From Gekko japonicus (Eukaryota): DNA of 64,000 nucleotides. Both the position numbers and the translations under genes were made by a program. Location of the stretch: assembly GCF_001447785.1 (NCBI RefSeq), contig NW_015160218.1, forward strand, positions 149,262-213,261, written 5' to 3'. This document shows, piece by piece, positions 47,000 to 59,094 of this stretch. Each line of letters opens with the position of its first letter. The first letter of the stretch is position 1. The notes under the pieces were generated by a model, which worked only from the letters and a program-made list of their open reading frames with translations, did not search any database and was not told the DNA's origin.

Positions 47000-49900
47000 G
47001 TTACATAGTCCTGCAGATAGGCGGGGGGGTCTGTGCTCTCAGAGAAAATGCCAGGGCGCTGGCACGGGGTTGCTTACGGTCGCCTCTGGCTGGCTGACCA
47101 TGTCTGATTGTGGCGAGGGTGGAGAGGGCAGTGGCGGCTCTTTGGGTTCCGGTGGTGTGGCCAGGGGCTTGACTGGTGGGGGCTCACCTGTGCGGGGGAG
47201 TTTGGGCCGAGTGCTGGCCTGCAGTGTATAGAGTCCCAGTCCCTCGAGCCAGGGTTGCTCCTCAGCCTCTGGGAGCTGTCACCACCTCAGTTGGTAGATA
47301 CATTTTTTCAGGAGTTGGCCATCATCTGTAGAGACCTCATATGATACCGGGCCGGTGATTCGGACTACCCAGCCGGCAATCCAGGAGGGCCCTCTCCCAA
47401 AGTTCCAGATAAACATGGTGTTGCCTGGAAAGAACCCAGTGATGGGGTTGGGTGTTGTCCACTGTGTCAGTAGGAAGTGGGTGAGCTGGAACTCCCAGTC
47501 CCCATCCATGATCCAGCTGAGGGCTTCCTTTGCTGTGCAAACCATCCTCTCCGCTTGTCCATTGGTCGCGGGGTGGAAAGGTGCCAATCTTATGTGCTGA
47601 ATCAGGTTCCACTGGAGGAAGTCCTGGAGCTCTGCCGACGTGAAGGCAGTCCCGTTGTTGGAGACTATTGTGTCCGGCAGCCTATGGGTGGAGAAGATCT
47701 GGCGGAGTGAGCGTATGATGGTCTTTGTGGAGGTGGTGGACTTGGGGCTGATTTCCAACCATTTGGAGTACGGGTCCACTGTTACCAGGAATATCAGCCC
47801 CTGGAAGGGCCCGGCAAAGTCAATATGTAGCTGGGACCAAGGTTTGTGTGTAAACTCCCATGACTGGGTTGGCATGCTTGGCGGGTTTGGGCGGACTGCC
47901 TGGCAGGTCTGGCATCTCCTCACCCAGGCCTCAATCTCAGTATTGATTCCCAGTCACCAAACATAGCTCCGGGCCATGGCCTTCATCCTTACAATTCCCG
48001 GATGCACCTTGTGGAGAGTGTAGAGGACTCGTTGTTGCAGGGCATAGGGAACTACGACCCTGTCACCCCACAGGAGATAACCCTTGAGTGCCAATAGCTT
48101 ATCCTTTCGGGTTGCGAATGCTGCAAACTTGGGGCCCGCGGAGGTCATGGGCCACCGTCTCACCACCCAGCCCAAAACCTGGAGATGATGGGGTCATGGG
48201 CCAATCGGGCAGTGATATCCATGGCCTAAAGGGGTGGTTCGGGGAGGCCTTCAAGCATCAGAACTCTGGACAGGAGGGGCAGTCTGCTGAGGGCATCGGC
48301 GTGCCCCATCGCCTTGCCCAGCCGGTGTTCCAGGCAGTAATTGTAACCATCCAGGAAGAGGGACCAATGGAGAACCCTGGGTGAAAGTATCTGGGGGGTC
48401 TGTTTGTCCACCACAAATAAGCCGAGGAGAGGCTTCTGGCCAGTTACAATAGTGAAGGGGCACCCGTACACAAAATTATGAAACTTTTTCACCCCTGCTA
48501 CAATTGCCAACCCCTCCCGGTCTATCTGCATGTAATTATGCTCAGCAGCTGTCAAAATCCATGAGTAGTAAGCCACGGAGACCTCTCAGCCATCAGGAAG
48601 AAGGTGGCCCAGAACTGCGCCGATGCCACAGGGGGAGGTGTTGCATGCGAGGACTACAGGCAGGGACTCATGAAAGTGTGCCAACACCTTGTTCGAGATG
48701 AGTAACACCTTGAATGCCGCTGCCTCCCTCGGGCCCCACGACCTGGGCGCTGATTTATCCAGGAGGCGATGAAGAGGCTCCGCAACCGCAGCCTTGTATG
48801 GCAGAAAGGTGTGATAAAAGTTCAGGAGTCCTAAAAATGCCTGAAGTTTTGCCTTGCATGTGGGTCTAGGGGCCTCCATGATGGCCTTGACCTTGTCCCG
48901 CGCTGGATGGAGTCCAGACACATCAACTGTTGGGTGTGGCCTATTATGCTACCAAAAAAGCCCTGGGTTTAACACATCTGCTGCAGAATTACTACATTCT
49001 TATTTCACTGCCAGTTAAAGTCATGATGGCCCCAATTAGAGTGATGGATGAGAGGCCCATCAATGGCTGCTAGCCATTGGAGACTAAACGGAACCTCCAT
49101 GTCCAGAGGTAGTTAACCTCACAATACAACGAAGCACCAAATCAGGGTCAAGGTTTTGGTGTTAACCTTTAAGGCCCTAGACCAGGGGTGTCAAACATGC
49201 GGCCCGGGGCCTGGATCAGGCCCCCGTAGGGCTTCTATCAGGCCCACAGGGCAGTTGTTGGCATGCCTGCGTGAGATCCAACTTGCCAAAAATCTTAGAC
49301 CCTGCTAAGGAAGCCAACACATGACTTATGACTGGAACGGGGTAGGCATGGTCGTGGAGGGCCTTGTTCAATGTACATTTATAGTCCGCACAGATGTGGA
49401 CATTGCCATTAGGCTTGATGAGGGTTACAATGGGGGTCTCCCACAGCTCATGGGAGCCTGGTTGGAGGACCCCTTGTGCCACTAAACAGTCCAGCTCTGC
49501 ATCGATTTTTGGCTGCAAAGCGAGCGGGGCGATGCAAAACCGCATATGGATGGGGACAATTTGGGGTTTGAGTTGCAATGAAACAGGGGTCCCTTGTAAC
49601 AACCCAGAGCCCCATCAAATACCACTGGGAATTCCCCACAAACCTGAGCAAAATCCTGTGGTGCACATTTATTCATCCCCCCAACTGTGATGCCCAACGG
49701 CGCAAACCACGCCTGCCCCAATAAGCTAACCAAATTCCCCTCCACTACAATCAAGTCCAGGAAACCCTCAAACCCCCGGTAATTCACCTGAAAAGTCCCC
49801 ACACCCCATATAGGAACCAGGTTCCTCTGGAAGTCCACAAGGTTCAAGGGCAAAGGCCGCAGGTGGGACCCGCCATTCAGACAAAGGCTGTTCAGCGTTT

Positions 49901-51172
49901 CCACAGATATGATGGAAGCTGCTGACCCTGAATCCACTTCCATGTGGCAGGGGGACCCTTCGATTGTGACCTGGACCTGGATCTTCGGGGAAGTTGTGGG
50001 GGCATAGTACCTGTAGTGAGGGCTGGCTGGTCAGGAGATAGAGATTGTCCATGCCCTCGGTGGCCTCGTAGTGCGCAGAGGCCTGGCAGCATGATTTCAG
50101 CTGGGGTGGATGGTTCTGGTTGCCCTTGGATCTGCAGACGTGGGTGAGGTGTCCTTGTTTTCCACATGTGTGGCAGCTGGTGTCACGGAACTGGCACAAC
50201 TTGCGCTTGTGTGCCTCTCTGCAGCTGGCGCATGGGGAACGTCCGGCAGGCTTACCGAAGTATCTGGAGGCTCCAGCAGATCCCGGCAGCTTCCAGCGGT
50301 GGACGTCGTCCACGACTGAGGGTTCGGGCGCCGAGTTGGGGAGCATGAGATGGGATGCTGCTGGTGGTCGGTTGCGGTGGGAGGCCTTGTGGGACTTGCC
50401 ACAGGAAGTGGTGGCAGCTACAAGCGTGGACGGCTTCAAAAGGGAATTAGATAACCATATGGAGCAGAGGTCCATCATTGGCTATTAGCCACAAGATATA
50501 GATAGGGGCTCTGGGGCAAGTGATGTTCCGTCTTCTTGGTGCTTGGGGGGGGGTCAACAGTGGGAGGGCTTCAAATGTTCTGGCCCCACTGGTTGACCTC
50601 CTGATGGCACCTGGTATTTCTGGCCACTGTGTGACACAGAGTGTTGGATTGGATGGGCCTTTGGCCTGATCCAACATTGGCTTCTCTTATGTTCTTATGT
50701 TCTTGTGGGCAATGGTGAGCTGGAGGGCCTTGTTGGATTTGATGTCAGATGTGCCGATCATCTTTCTGTGGAGCTTAATGTTGCTGATTCCCCAGGCGAA
50801 TTGGGTCAAGAGGTTCTCCTCCACCTTGGAGAAGATGCATACCATAGCGTGTTGGCACAGTGCAGTCATGAATGCTGTGGCCATCTCGCCGGGCTTCTGG
50901 ATGTGCCCCTGGAATTCCATATGCTTGGCCAGCATCGTAGGCTTGGGCATGAGGTACCTGGTCAGGGTGTCTATGATCTCCTCGTACGTACACTCAAGGA
51001 TAACCTTCGGGGCCAGGAGGCTCTTCATCTGCTGAGGAGGAGAGCCCTTCTCTTGCCTGCATCAGTTATCTCGTGGAAGGCGAGATGGCAGGTTAGCTGG
51101 TCTATCCACGAATCCCAGAGCATGGAATGAGTGGGGTCAAAAACCTCAAGGTGTCCTGGAGCGGAGGCCATG
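47000..51172 (-). pseudogene. Frameshifted and interrupted gag-pol of the degenerate Gypsy element
   Basis: ORF-track fragments 51025-51264, 50687-51028, 49768-50478, 49482-49943, 49216-49602, 48586-48921, 48226-48576, 47954-48175 and 47279-47923 are collinear with the 1387-aa protein. Confidence 0.9.
50394..50701 (+). mobile_element. 5'-truncated CR1 LINE inserted into gag of the degenerate Gypsy element
   Basis: CR1 3' end with (TTCTTATG)n tail; TSD CTTGTGGG at 50386-50393 and 50702-50709. Confidence 0.9.
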
Positions 51173-51819
51173 ACTCTAGCGCAGAGCGGCGGAGCGGTGT
51201 TCAGCAACACCGGGCACGGTGTGGTGCTGTTCGGGAGCGGTGTGCGGTGGCATTTCAGGAACAACGCTCGGTGCTGTGCTGGAAGGTGAGCCTGGCCTGC
51301 TCATCAAGATCCCATCCTCGTCACCACAGAAAAGTACTGGGTTCGACGCATGGAGAACTCAGACAACGACATGCGTTCAGGTGCATTTATTGTACTTCAC
51401 AACAAGACAAGGAAAAACGGCCCTGCAAGGCAAACTATATACACTCCACCCGGACCACGTCTGTCCCCTTTGGAGGGTTTGAATTTCCTGCCAAGGGGGC
51501 TATTGGTGGTCTCTAGGTGGACTAGGATCCTAGACCCCCTTTGTTTTGGGAGACCAAGCTCCTGCTTAGCCGCGGACCCCTGGTGGCGGTCCGCGTACAT
51601 AACGCCGGAGGTTTTAAAAGTTTTTCTCTCTGGGTAGAGAAGAGGCAGGGAGGAGGAAGTCAGTACAATGGCTTTCCAGCTTCACATCAGCTACCTCTTA
51701 AGAAATGCTAATAGGTCCTGCTAGAGACAATAGGATGGTCCAGTCTCCCCTCCCCCATCCAAGCAGGAAACAGAGGTTTGGAGGTATTAAGTACTAGAAG
51801 GACTTCAGGAAGAAACTTC

Positions 51820-52605
51820 TGGAGACAAAATTATTCAGGATGGTGAAAACTGAGGGTGACTATGAAGAACTTTGGGAGGATCTTCACAAATTAAATGAGT
51901 GGGCAATAAAGTTCAACATAGGTAAGTGTTTTTCCAGTTTTAAATACCTGCTAATGGGGTCTGAACTCACTAAAACTGAAAGGGAAAGAAATCATGGGGT
52001 CACAGTGGATGGCTCAATGGAAATGTCAAGCCAGTGTGCTGCAGCAGTTTTAAATTCCTGTTTTAAATTATTTTAATAGTTGTTTTTGTGGTAATTATTA
52101 CAATTCATGTAAACTGCCCTGAGCCTGCCCGCAGGGATAGCAGTATATAAATCAAATAAATAACTAAATACATAGACAAACTGTATGTTAGGGATTATTA
52201 GGGAATGGGTTGTAAATAAGACAGCCAGTTTTATAAAGCTATGAGGAAGGCTGAAGAGTGTGGGACTATTTCTGTCTAGGAAAAGGGGGACATGATAGAG
52301 ATTTGTAAAATTATGCATGGGGTGGAGAGAGTGGACAGAGAAAACTTTTTTTCCTCTCCCAAAACATTAGAACTTGGGGGGACAGATCAATCAATCAATC
52401 AATCAATAAACCTTTAATGGCATATACAACATTGAAATATTTATTTATTCAGTGAGTGATTAAAACATGGAAATTGCTACTGGAAGATGTAGTGATGGTC
52501 ACAGACATAATTAGCTTAAAAAGAGGATTAGATAAATTAATGGAGGACAGGTCTATCAATGACTACTAGCTATGGTTGGCCACTGTGTGAAAGAGGATGC
52601 TAGAT
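51820..52605 (+). mobile_element. Decayed CR1 3' fragments (interrupted by a short L2-like tail)
   Basis: MVKTEGDYEELWEDLHKLNEWA..., SQCAAAV; CR1 3'UTR similarity. Confidence 0.75.
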
Positions 52606-52963
52606 TAGGGGGGCGGTTACATGAATGAGATAAGGGGGGGGGGGGTTAGGCTATTTCCTGTGGGGAGGAATTTGACCCGCAGTTGCACGATCATACAGTC
52701 CTTGGAAGCTGCGGGCACAGCTCGCCACTGTGTGATCAGATGCAACCACAGGTGAGTCAGGGTTTTTTTTTTTTGCTGTTTGTGTCTGATGCGCTTCAAC
52801 AAGGAATTGATGAATCGTATCTCCTCACTGAGGGTTTCCTATGGAGTTTCCAATGATATGCATACCGAGAAGGGGCGGGATGGCCTGATCAGACCTGATC
52901 AGAGATACTTTCGGTCGTTGTTGTTGGAGAGAAAAGTGGTGTCTATGTATACATAACTATGAG

Positions 52964-53374
52964 CAGGGGTCATTTAGTAGAAAAAGAGGTGAAGGAGCTC
53001 ATTAGCATAACTTATTTGCATAACTTATTTGCATATGCCACACCCCCTGATATCATTGGAAGTGTGTCAGAAGGCAACACCCACCACTCAGGCTCCACTT
53101 GGTCTTAAAGGTGCCACTGGACTGTTTTATTTTGGATTGTTAGCTATTGGGGGAGGGGGGGAATGTGCAGACCTGTCCTCACAGAGGAGGGAGAGCTTGT
53201 ACCTGGAGGTGGGCCGGGGGGGGGCTCTGGAACTTACCTGACTGCTTCTTATTCTTTGTGGCCCAACTGAGAGCTGCTGGGAGCAGGGGGCAGGGCTTGT
53301 TGCATGTGCCTGCCCCCTGGGCTCCTTACTGCCCGAGCTCCGCTCCTGTGCGCTCCTGCAGGAAATGACCCCTG
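52964..53374. mobile_element. hAT MITE (CAGGGGTCATTT TIR)
   Basis: Perfect TSD ACTATGAG at 52956-52963 and 53375-53382. Confidence 0.9.
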
Positions 53375-55603
53375 ACTATGAGTAGAATGACCTTGACTTG
53401 GAGGTCAGGTCTTCACAATGTGAACTTGGGGGACATCTTAGCATCTGGTCCTGCTCATGTTTATCTTTTTCTATTTTTCTGTTTTAATTAGATTTATTTC
53501 ATACTACCAACATGTATGAGTAACGCAACATTTAAATGAGTCCCCAAGTTTCAAGGGTGGGGACTTAGAACATGAGGAAGATGAATACCCCAGAAACTTG
53601 AACATGGCCATTGTTTTGAAAACAGGCTTTACAGTCAAAACAAATGGAAGAAACTGAGTATTGCAACAAACTATACTTGCTTCACTTCTGGAATGGATTG
53701 TAGAAATTATCTTAAATAAGCCATAATTAAAGAGAAGTGGTGCACAATTTAGAACACAATTCTGGAACAATTGAAAAACTGGGAGAAATCTCACCCTGAA
53801 CTATGTTCCTGTTTCTGGATTTCTCTGTAGTAATGGGTTCATATTCCTTTGTAAAAAAATATGCAGTTGGATTTCGTATTCTGAGTGGCATCTCCAAACA
53901 CTTGAAAGAACCCCCCCCTTTAATGTTTCCCATTATTCTAAATTGGATTGCAAATGTGTGACATATTCTTGTGCTACAACTTGAAACCTCTGGTTCATAT
54001 ATGAGGGCTGACATTGCATTCCCTAGAGAATGGTGCAGTGCTTGGTGTACTGCAGACAGCAAGAAGCCCTTACTCATGATTCTGATCATTCATCAACACT
54101 GCCAGCAACCCAGTGAGATGTTGAGTACCACCAACTGCACAGGTGTGAAAATCAGCCCATACATTGAAATAATGCTCATCTAGATGAGAATATGGGTGAT
54201 CAGCTCAAGAGAAAATGGGCACTGTGAGTGGGGGAGGTTTGATTTTTCGAGCACATTATTTGCAAGGATGACAGCATATCTAATTGTGCATAAACAGCTG
54301 CGGACAATTAACAAACTGAGTAGATCAGGGGAAATGGTGCAAACTTCTTGCATATCAAAAAGAAGCCAATTTTCAGCTGCATCCATTGCTTTGACAGCTA
54401 TATAATTACATGGGCCATGAATCGCATTCAGTAATCACCTTGTTTATAATTTCACTCACTGTAAATTAGTTGCACAATAAAATGAGGGTTTTCTTAAAAA
54501 AACAACAACACTAGACACATAGTGAGCTGTTGAATAGAGACCCAAACTATGGCAAAGAGGCCATCACCCATCAGACTTGGAAGAAGCAGCAAGAAAATAG
54601 CCACAAGAGAGAATTACTGAGAATTCATTAGGGTTAGGGCAGAATGGGAAGTTGGGAAAGGATCTGGTGTGTGTCAAGGAAACTGACACCATATTTTCTC
54701 AGACAAACAAGCAAGCTCTAAATTGCTTGCCAGCTGCCAACTTGGAGAAAGCTGTCATTCCTTCAACAGTTCCAAAATGAGAAGATGTTCACCCGATCCC
54801 CACTGGCAGCGTAACACTGGCAGCACCTTCCCATCCTCTTTCCCATATGCTATAGCTCACAAGACTCCTTGAGGCAAAAAAGGAAGGCAATTGCATATTA
54901 CTCTGTTTGCAGCATCTTCTCTGCAGGTTAGTTAATTAATTGTTTACCTGTTCAGTGCATTTAAAAGGTCTAAGCAGTGTTAATTAAGCAGCATGCATTG
55001 CCCTCTATGCTTGTTAATTAATTGCTGGTAAAGGGGTGTTTGTGTGTAACGTATATCATGTACATTTCCCTTTTTTGGCAATAACAGCTTGAACAAACAC
55101 ATTGGCCGTGATGTCCATCATCCACAGGGACAGAGACAGAGAACCATGGGCCTGAACATTTTTCCATACACAGATCTTGTCCTGTTCAAAGCACAAAACT
55201 ATAGAGCAGATATGTATACACATTGAGAGCCAAAAGTTTATGCCATAGGAAAATACTAAAGCATGTAACATCTTCCTTAAAAATAGTACTACTCCTTATG
55301 GGTTTAATGTTCATGATAAAATGCTGATTATTCTCTAGTTTTTGTAATCAGATCCAAAACTGGTATTTTAGTGGGGTAGATAAATATCTTGATAACATGT
55401 TGTATGGATTTTCACTACTTTCAGATCTGTTGAGTGCTCTTGTTTCCCCTGGTTGCCTCTTCCTTCAGCTGCCACCTTTTTCTTCTTCTTCCAAAGTTAA
55501 TTATATTGTTGGTTATTACAGCCCAGGACTTACATAGTGAATGGGATGGTTTCATGGTGCTGTGCAGCTAATCCGATTTAGCTACATGCTGTCCACAGTG
55601 ATT

Positions 55604-56574
55604 GCAAGCAAGAGGGAGAGCAGTCCTTTCCGTATTAGTCATATGGGTGATACAACGAATGGGGTGATATCCCAATGCCAGATAGCTTTTCTAAGCATGA
55701 CATCACAGAGGCCAAGCAAGGTCAACTGAAAGTGAAAACAGGAGCCAGCAATGTAAATGAACATGCCAACATTTTTGCAAAGAGGGGGCAAAAACAATGA
55801 CAAGGGAGCTGTTTCTTGATGTGAAAATGGTAATCGGTTTTGGTTCTGCCGTAGAAATAATTTATTTCTAGATGGGTTGTGGAGCTGGTGTAGTGTACTG
55901 GTTAGGATGCTGGACTGGGAACTTGGACACTCAGATTTGAAACCCCACTCTGCCACGGAAGGTCACTGGGTGACCTTGGGCCAGTTATTCTCTCTCTCAG
56001 CCTGACCTAACTCACAGGGTTGTTGTGAGGATAAAAGGGAGATGGGGGGAAAATGTTAGCCACTTTGGGTCCCCTTTGACAGGAGGTATGGATATTTAAA
56101 TAAACAAATATTATTTAATGACCAGCTGAACTTTGGGTTAGATGCAGTGGAAGAGTTCACAGAAAGAGCTGATGGAGCAAAGCTCCCCCTGCTTTCCCCT
56201 TTCCCAAGCAGCCTGCTGTTTGTCTCCAGACTCCTCTTTGAGCATCTGGGCAGCCTTACAAGCAAAATGCACCACACACTGGCGGGCATACATTGTAGAC
56301 TGGGGGACTGGAGGCAAATACCACATTTATTCCCACTGGAGATAGGCAGAATAAAGTGTAGATGGAGGAGAAATAAACCCTCTCCTCTCCTATGCTGCTG
56401 TGGTCCATTTTCTTTCCATTTCCAGTATCAAGGCTTCACTAGGAGAAAAATGTATCAAGCACTGGAGCAAAGTGAGGTAAGAAATGGGAAAGGGCAAGCA
56501 AGAGGGAGGGCAGTCCTTTCCGTATTAGTCATACGGGTGATACAACGAATGGGGTGATATCCCAATGCCAGATA
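55604..56574. repeat. 81-bp direct repeat pair (55604-55684 and 56494-56574)
   Basis: Two mismatches; 890-bp offset. Confidence 0.95.
55885..56115 (+). mobile_element. Older tRNA-derived SINE (related copies at ~35160-35340 +, ~24905-25115 -, ~28800-29000 -, ~44040-44230 -)
   Basis: GGTGACCTTGGGCCAG...CTCACAGGGTTGTTGTGAGGATAAAA core. Confidence 0.75.
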
Positions 56575-57549
56575 AAGACCATCCCCAGTGTTTTCTCTTA
56601 TTGTTTAAATAGATTCCTTCCCTACCCCCCAGTCAACTGCTTTGAGATGGGAATGGGTGAACTCAGGTAGAGTACCACAGTACCAGATCCACTGAGAATC
56701 AGACCTTCAGACTTACCTCTGGACCAAGGGTTCAGGCTGAGGTGTCAGAGATGCCATGAAGAGCTACCAGCTTGGAAGCTCCCCTAAGGAAATCTGTTTC
56801 AGTTATATTGAAGCTGAAGTAGACACAGAAGGAAGCCCACAAAATGCTTCAGGGAAGAGCTGGGCTCAGAGAGAGACTTCTTGCAGGGAGAGAAATAAGA
56901 TTTGGCTTGGATCTCATTGCTATCAGGGCCAGCCCAAGTGTTTCTGGCCTCCTAGACAAGCTATGACTTTGGCACCCACCCCATTCAATATAGAGAAAAA
57001 TGAGGTCCAGAATGACCTTTAGTTGCTTGGCATTCAGAATGAGGCATGTAAAAATAAAAATAGATATTTTCTTTAAAAATGCATTTTCATTGATTGCAGG
57101 AATTCACTTCTGTCTAATTTTGCACCCTGCCCTGATGATTACTACTGGTGCAACTCCCTTGTAAGCCAGCCTCTGTGGACATTGCTCCTGGGGAGCCTTG
57201 CTGCTCACTGAGCCCTGGAAAGAATAGCTCCTTAACGCTCCTCTGCACAGCTCCCTATGGATTGCCTGTTTCTTGATCCCCACTATGGATCTTGAATTCT
57301 TCCCTTCATGGTCTCCAAGTTCCTGCCAGCCCTTGAATTATATTCTTGAGTGGTTATCTGTTGTCTCTCTTGCATGATTGCCCTTCACCATGCACTTTCC
57401 TTGCCTTGGCCTTGAATAAAGACAAGGAGATCTTAGGGAAAGTATCATCAATGTATGTTACATATAAAGAGAACTGTGAAAATGTTATTCTTTGCACCAT
57501 ACAATTATTTTAATGGTTTTAAAAGGAAGGCCATGAAAAGGTGCAGAAA

Positions 57550-57825
57550 GCCATAGTGAGAATCCATAAATTAGACAAATTCATGGAGGCTGAGCCCATA
57601 AATGTTTATTAGTCATAATGGCCAAATAGAACTTCCATGTTTAGAGACTGTGTACTCCTATTGCAAACTGGTGGGTAAGACAACAACTTAGGTGGATTTG
57701 GTCTTCATCCTCTGCTTATTGCGCTTCAGGGATATCTGGTTGGCCAATGTGGAAAAAAGGATGATAGACTAGATGGATAACTGGGCTGATACAACAGGGG
57801 TCTTCTTACATTCTTCATTCTCTTA
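57550..57825 (+). mobile_element. Old CR1 3' end
   Basis: Similar to 23210-23395. Confidence 0.65.
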
Positions 57826-58329
57826 TGTATCCTCCAAAGAAACAAATGGGAATCAAACAAACTGTTCAAAGGCCACATTCTAAGTTTCTGAAAACTCTAG
57901 GAATGCTGCCAATTGTTAAGAGTGTTTTTCTAAGATCTATAAAACTTGAGAAAAGAGAAAGTTGTTATTTTGTTATTCAGTTGAAACCTATTATTATGGC
58001 TTTGCAAATTGATTTATGTCACATAAACACATTTTGCTGCAATTACATTGAGCCACTTTTCCTAGCAAGGGGACTTTAAACCTATTCAGGTTGCAGTTTG
58101 GGACCTTGTGATCTATTTGATTTAATGGAAATACTCATAGGTAAACTTGCTGTGCACTACAGGCTCTCAATCAGTCAATCCAGGCCACAGTCAACAAATA
58201 GCAGGAACAATTTACATTTAAAAGGCATCACTTAATATTAATTTTATTGTAACCAGTAAAAAAATAAACCACAAGTGATAACCATGGGATAAGAATATAC
58301 GAAAAGCCAAGCTGAACAAAACCAGTGAT

Positions 58330-58575
58330 TACTGCAGCATACTGCAGCATACTTTTACTCATAGGGGCCAATCGGTGGCCCTGGAAGGTCAACAAAATGG
58401 TCACAGAGGCTTCCCTGATGTTGCCTCCTAATACTGGAATTAGAGGCTTCTTGTCTTTTGTCACCCTGGCTAGTGCAATTGATGGACCTATCCTCTCTGA
58501 ATCTATCAAATCCTCTTTTAAAGTCATCTACACCCATGACCATCACTACGTCCTCCGGTAGTGATTTCCATAATT
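58330..58575 (-). mobile_element. Old CR1 3' end
   Basis: DDFKRGFDRFREDRSI C-terminal motif. Confidence 0.7.
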
Positions 58576-58715
58576 ATGTATTCCTTGAAAGCAGTGCCCC
58601 CAATTGCTAGTATTATAGTTGACGGAGAAAAGGTTATATTTATTCACAGTCTCAATCCCAGGCTTCTTGCCTACAATCTAAATTTGGAGATAAAGATAAG
58701 GAAGGGGAGGGTAAG

Positions 58716-58819
58716 CAGGGGAAGAAACCAGATTTTTTTTCCCTAGAAAATTCAGTGAGAGGTAAAGAAACCAGGGGAAGAGACCAGATTTTTTCCCCTA
58801 GAAAATTCAATGAGAGGTG
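58716..58819. repeat. ~56-bp tandem duplication
   Basis: GGGGAAGA.ACCAGATTTTTT.CCCTAGAAAATTCA.TGAGAGGT occurs twice. Confidence 0.85.
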
Positions 58820-59094
58820 ACTGAAGAATGAGGAAGAGAAAGGAAGAATATGGAAAAGCCTGCCTTGCCTTGCTTATTTTTCGTCTTGGCTGCCCCCTTC
58901 TCTGCTTTTCATCCATGGAACTTGATAGATGTGCTCTTTCCAAAAGTGAAGTTGAAAAGGTATAAACTGTGTCCATTTAGGCCATTCCTTCATCCACAGG
59001 AAGGTGTCTACCTAGTTTTATGCCAAAGATGCTCTTTCTTTTTAATTTTAGCCAGGTTCAACAGCAGCACCTTATCTCAAGATCCACTTTTGAC

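Larger units (their letters stand above)
46699..51604 (-). mobile_element. Degenerate full-length Gypsy (Mag-like) element, a sister family of 4269-9237
   Basis: LTRs at ~46699-46969 and ~51328-51604 (about 23 differences over ~270 bp by eye); degenerate TSD CAGGA/CCGGA; PBS ATCCCATCCTCGTCACCA at 51309-51326 (17/18 tRNA-Ser); PPT ~46970-46982; ORF fragments of gag, PR (MEVDSGS), RT, RH and IN (HIDFAGP, GQAERMV). Confidence 0.93.
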
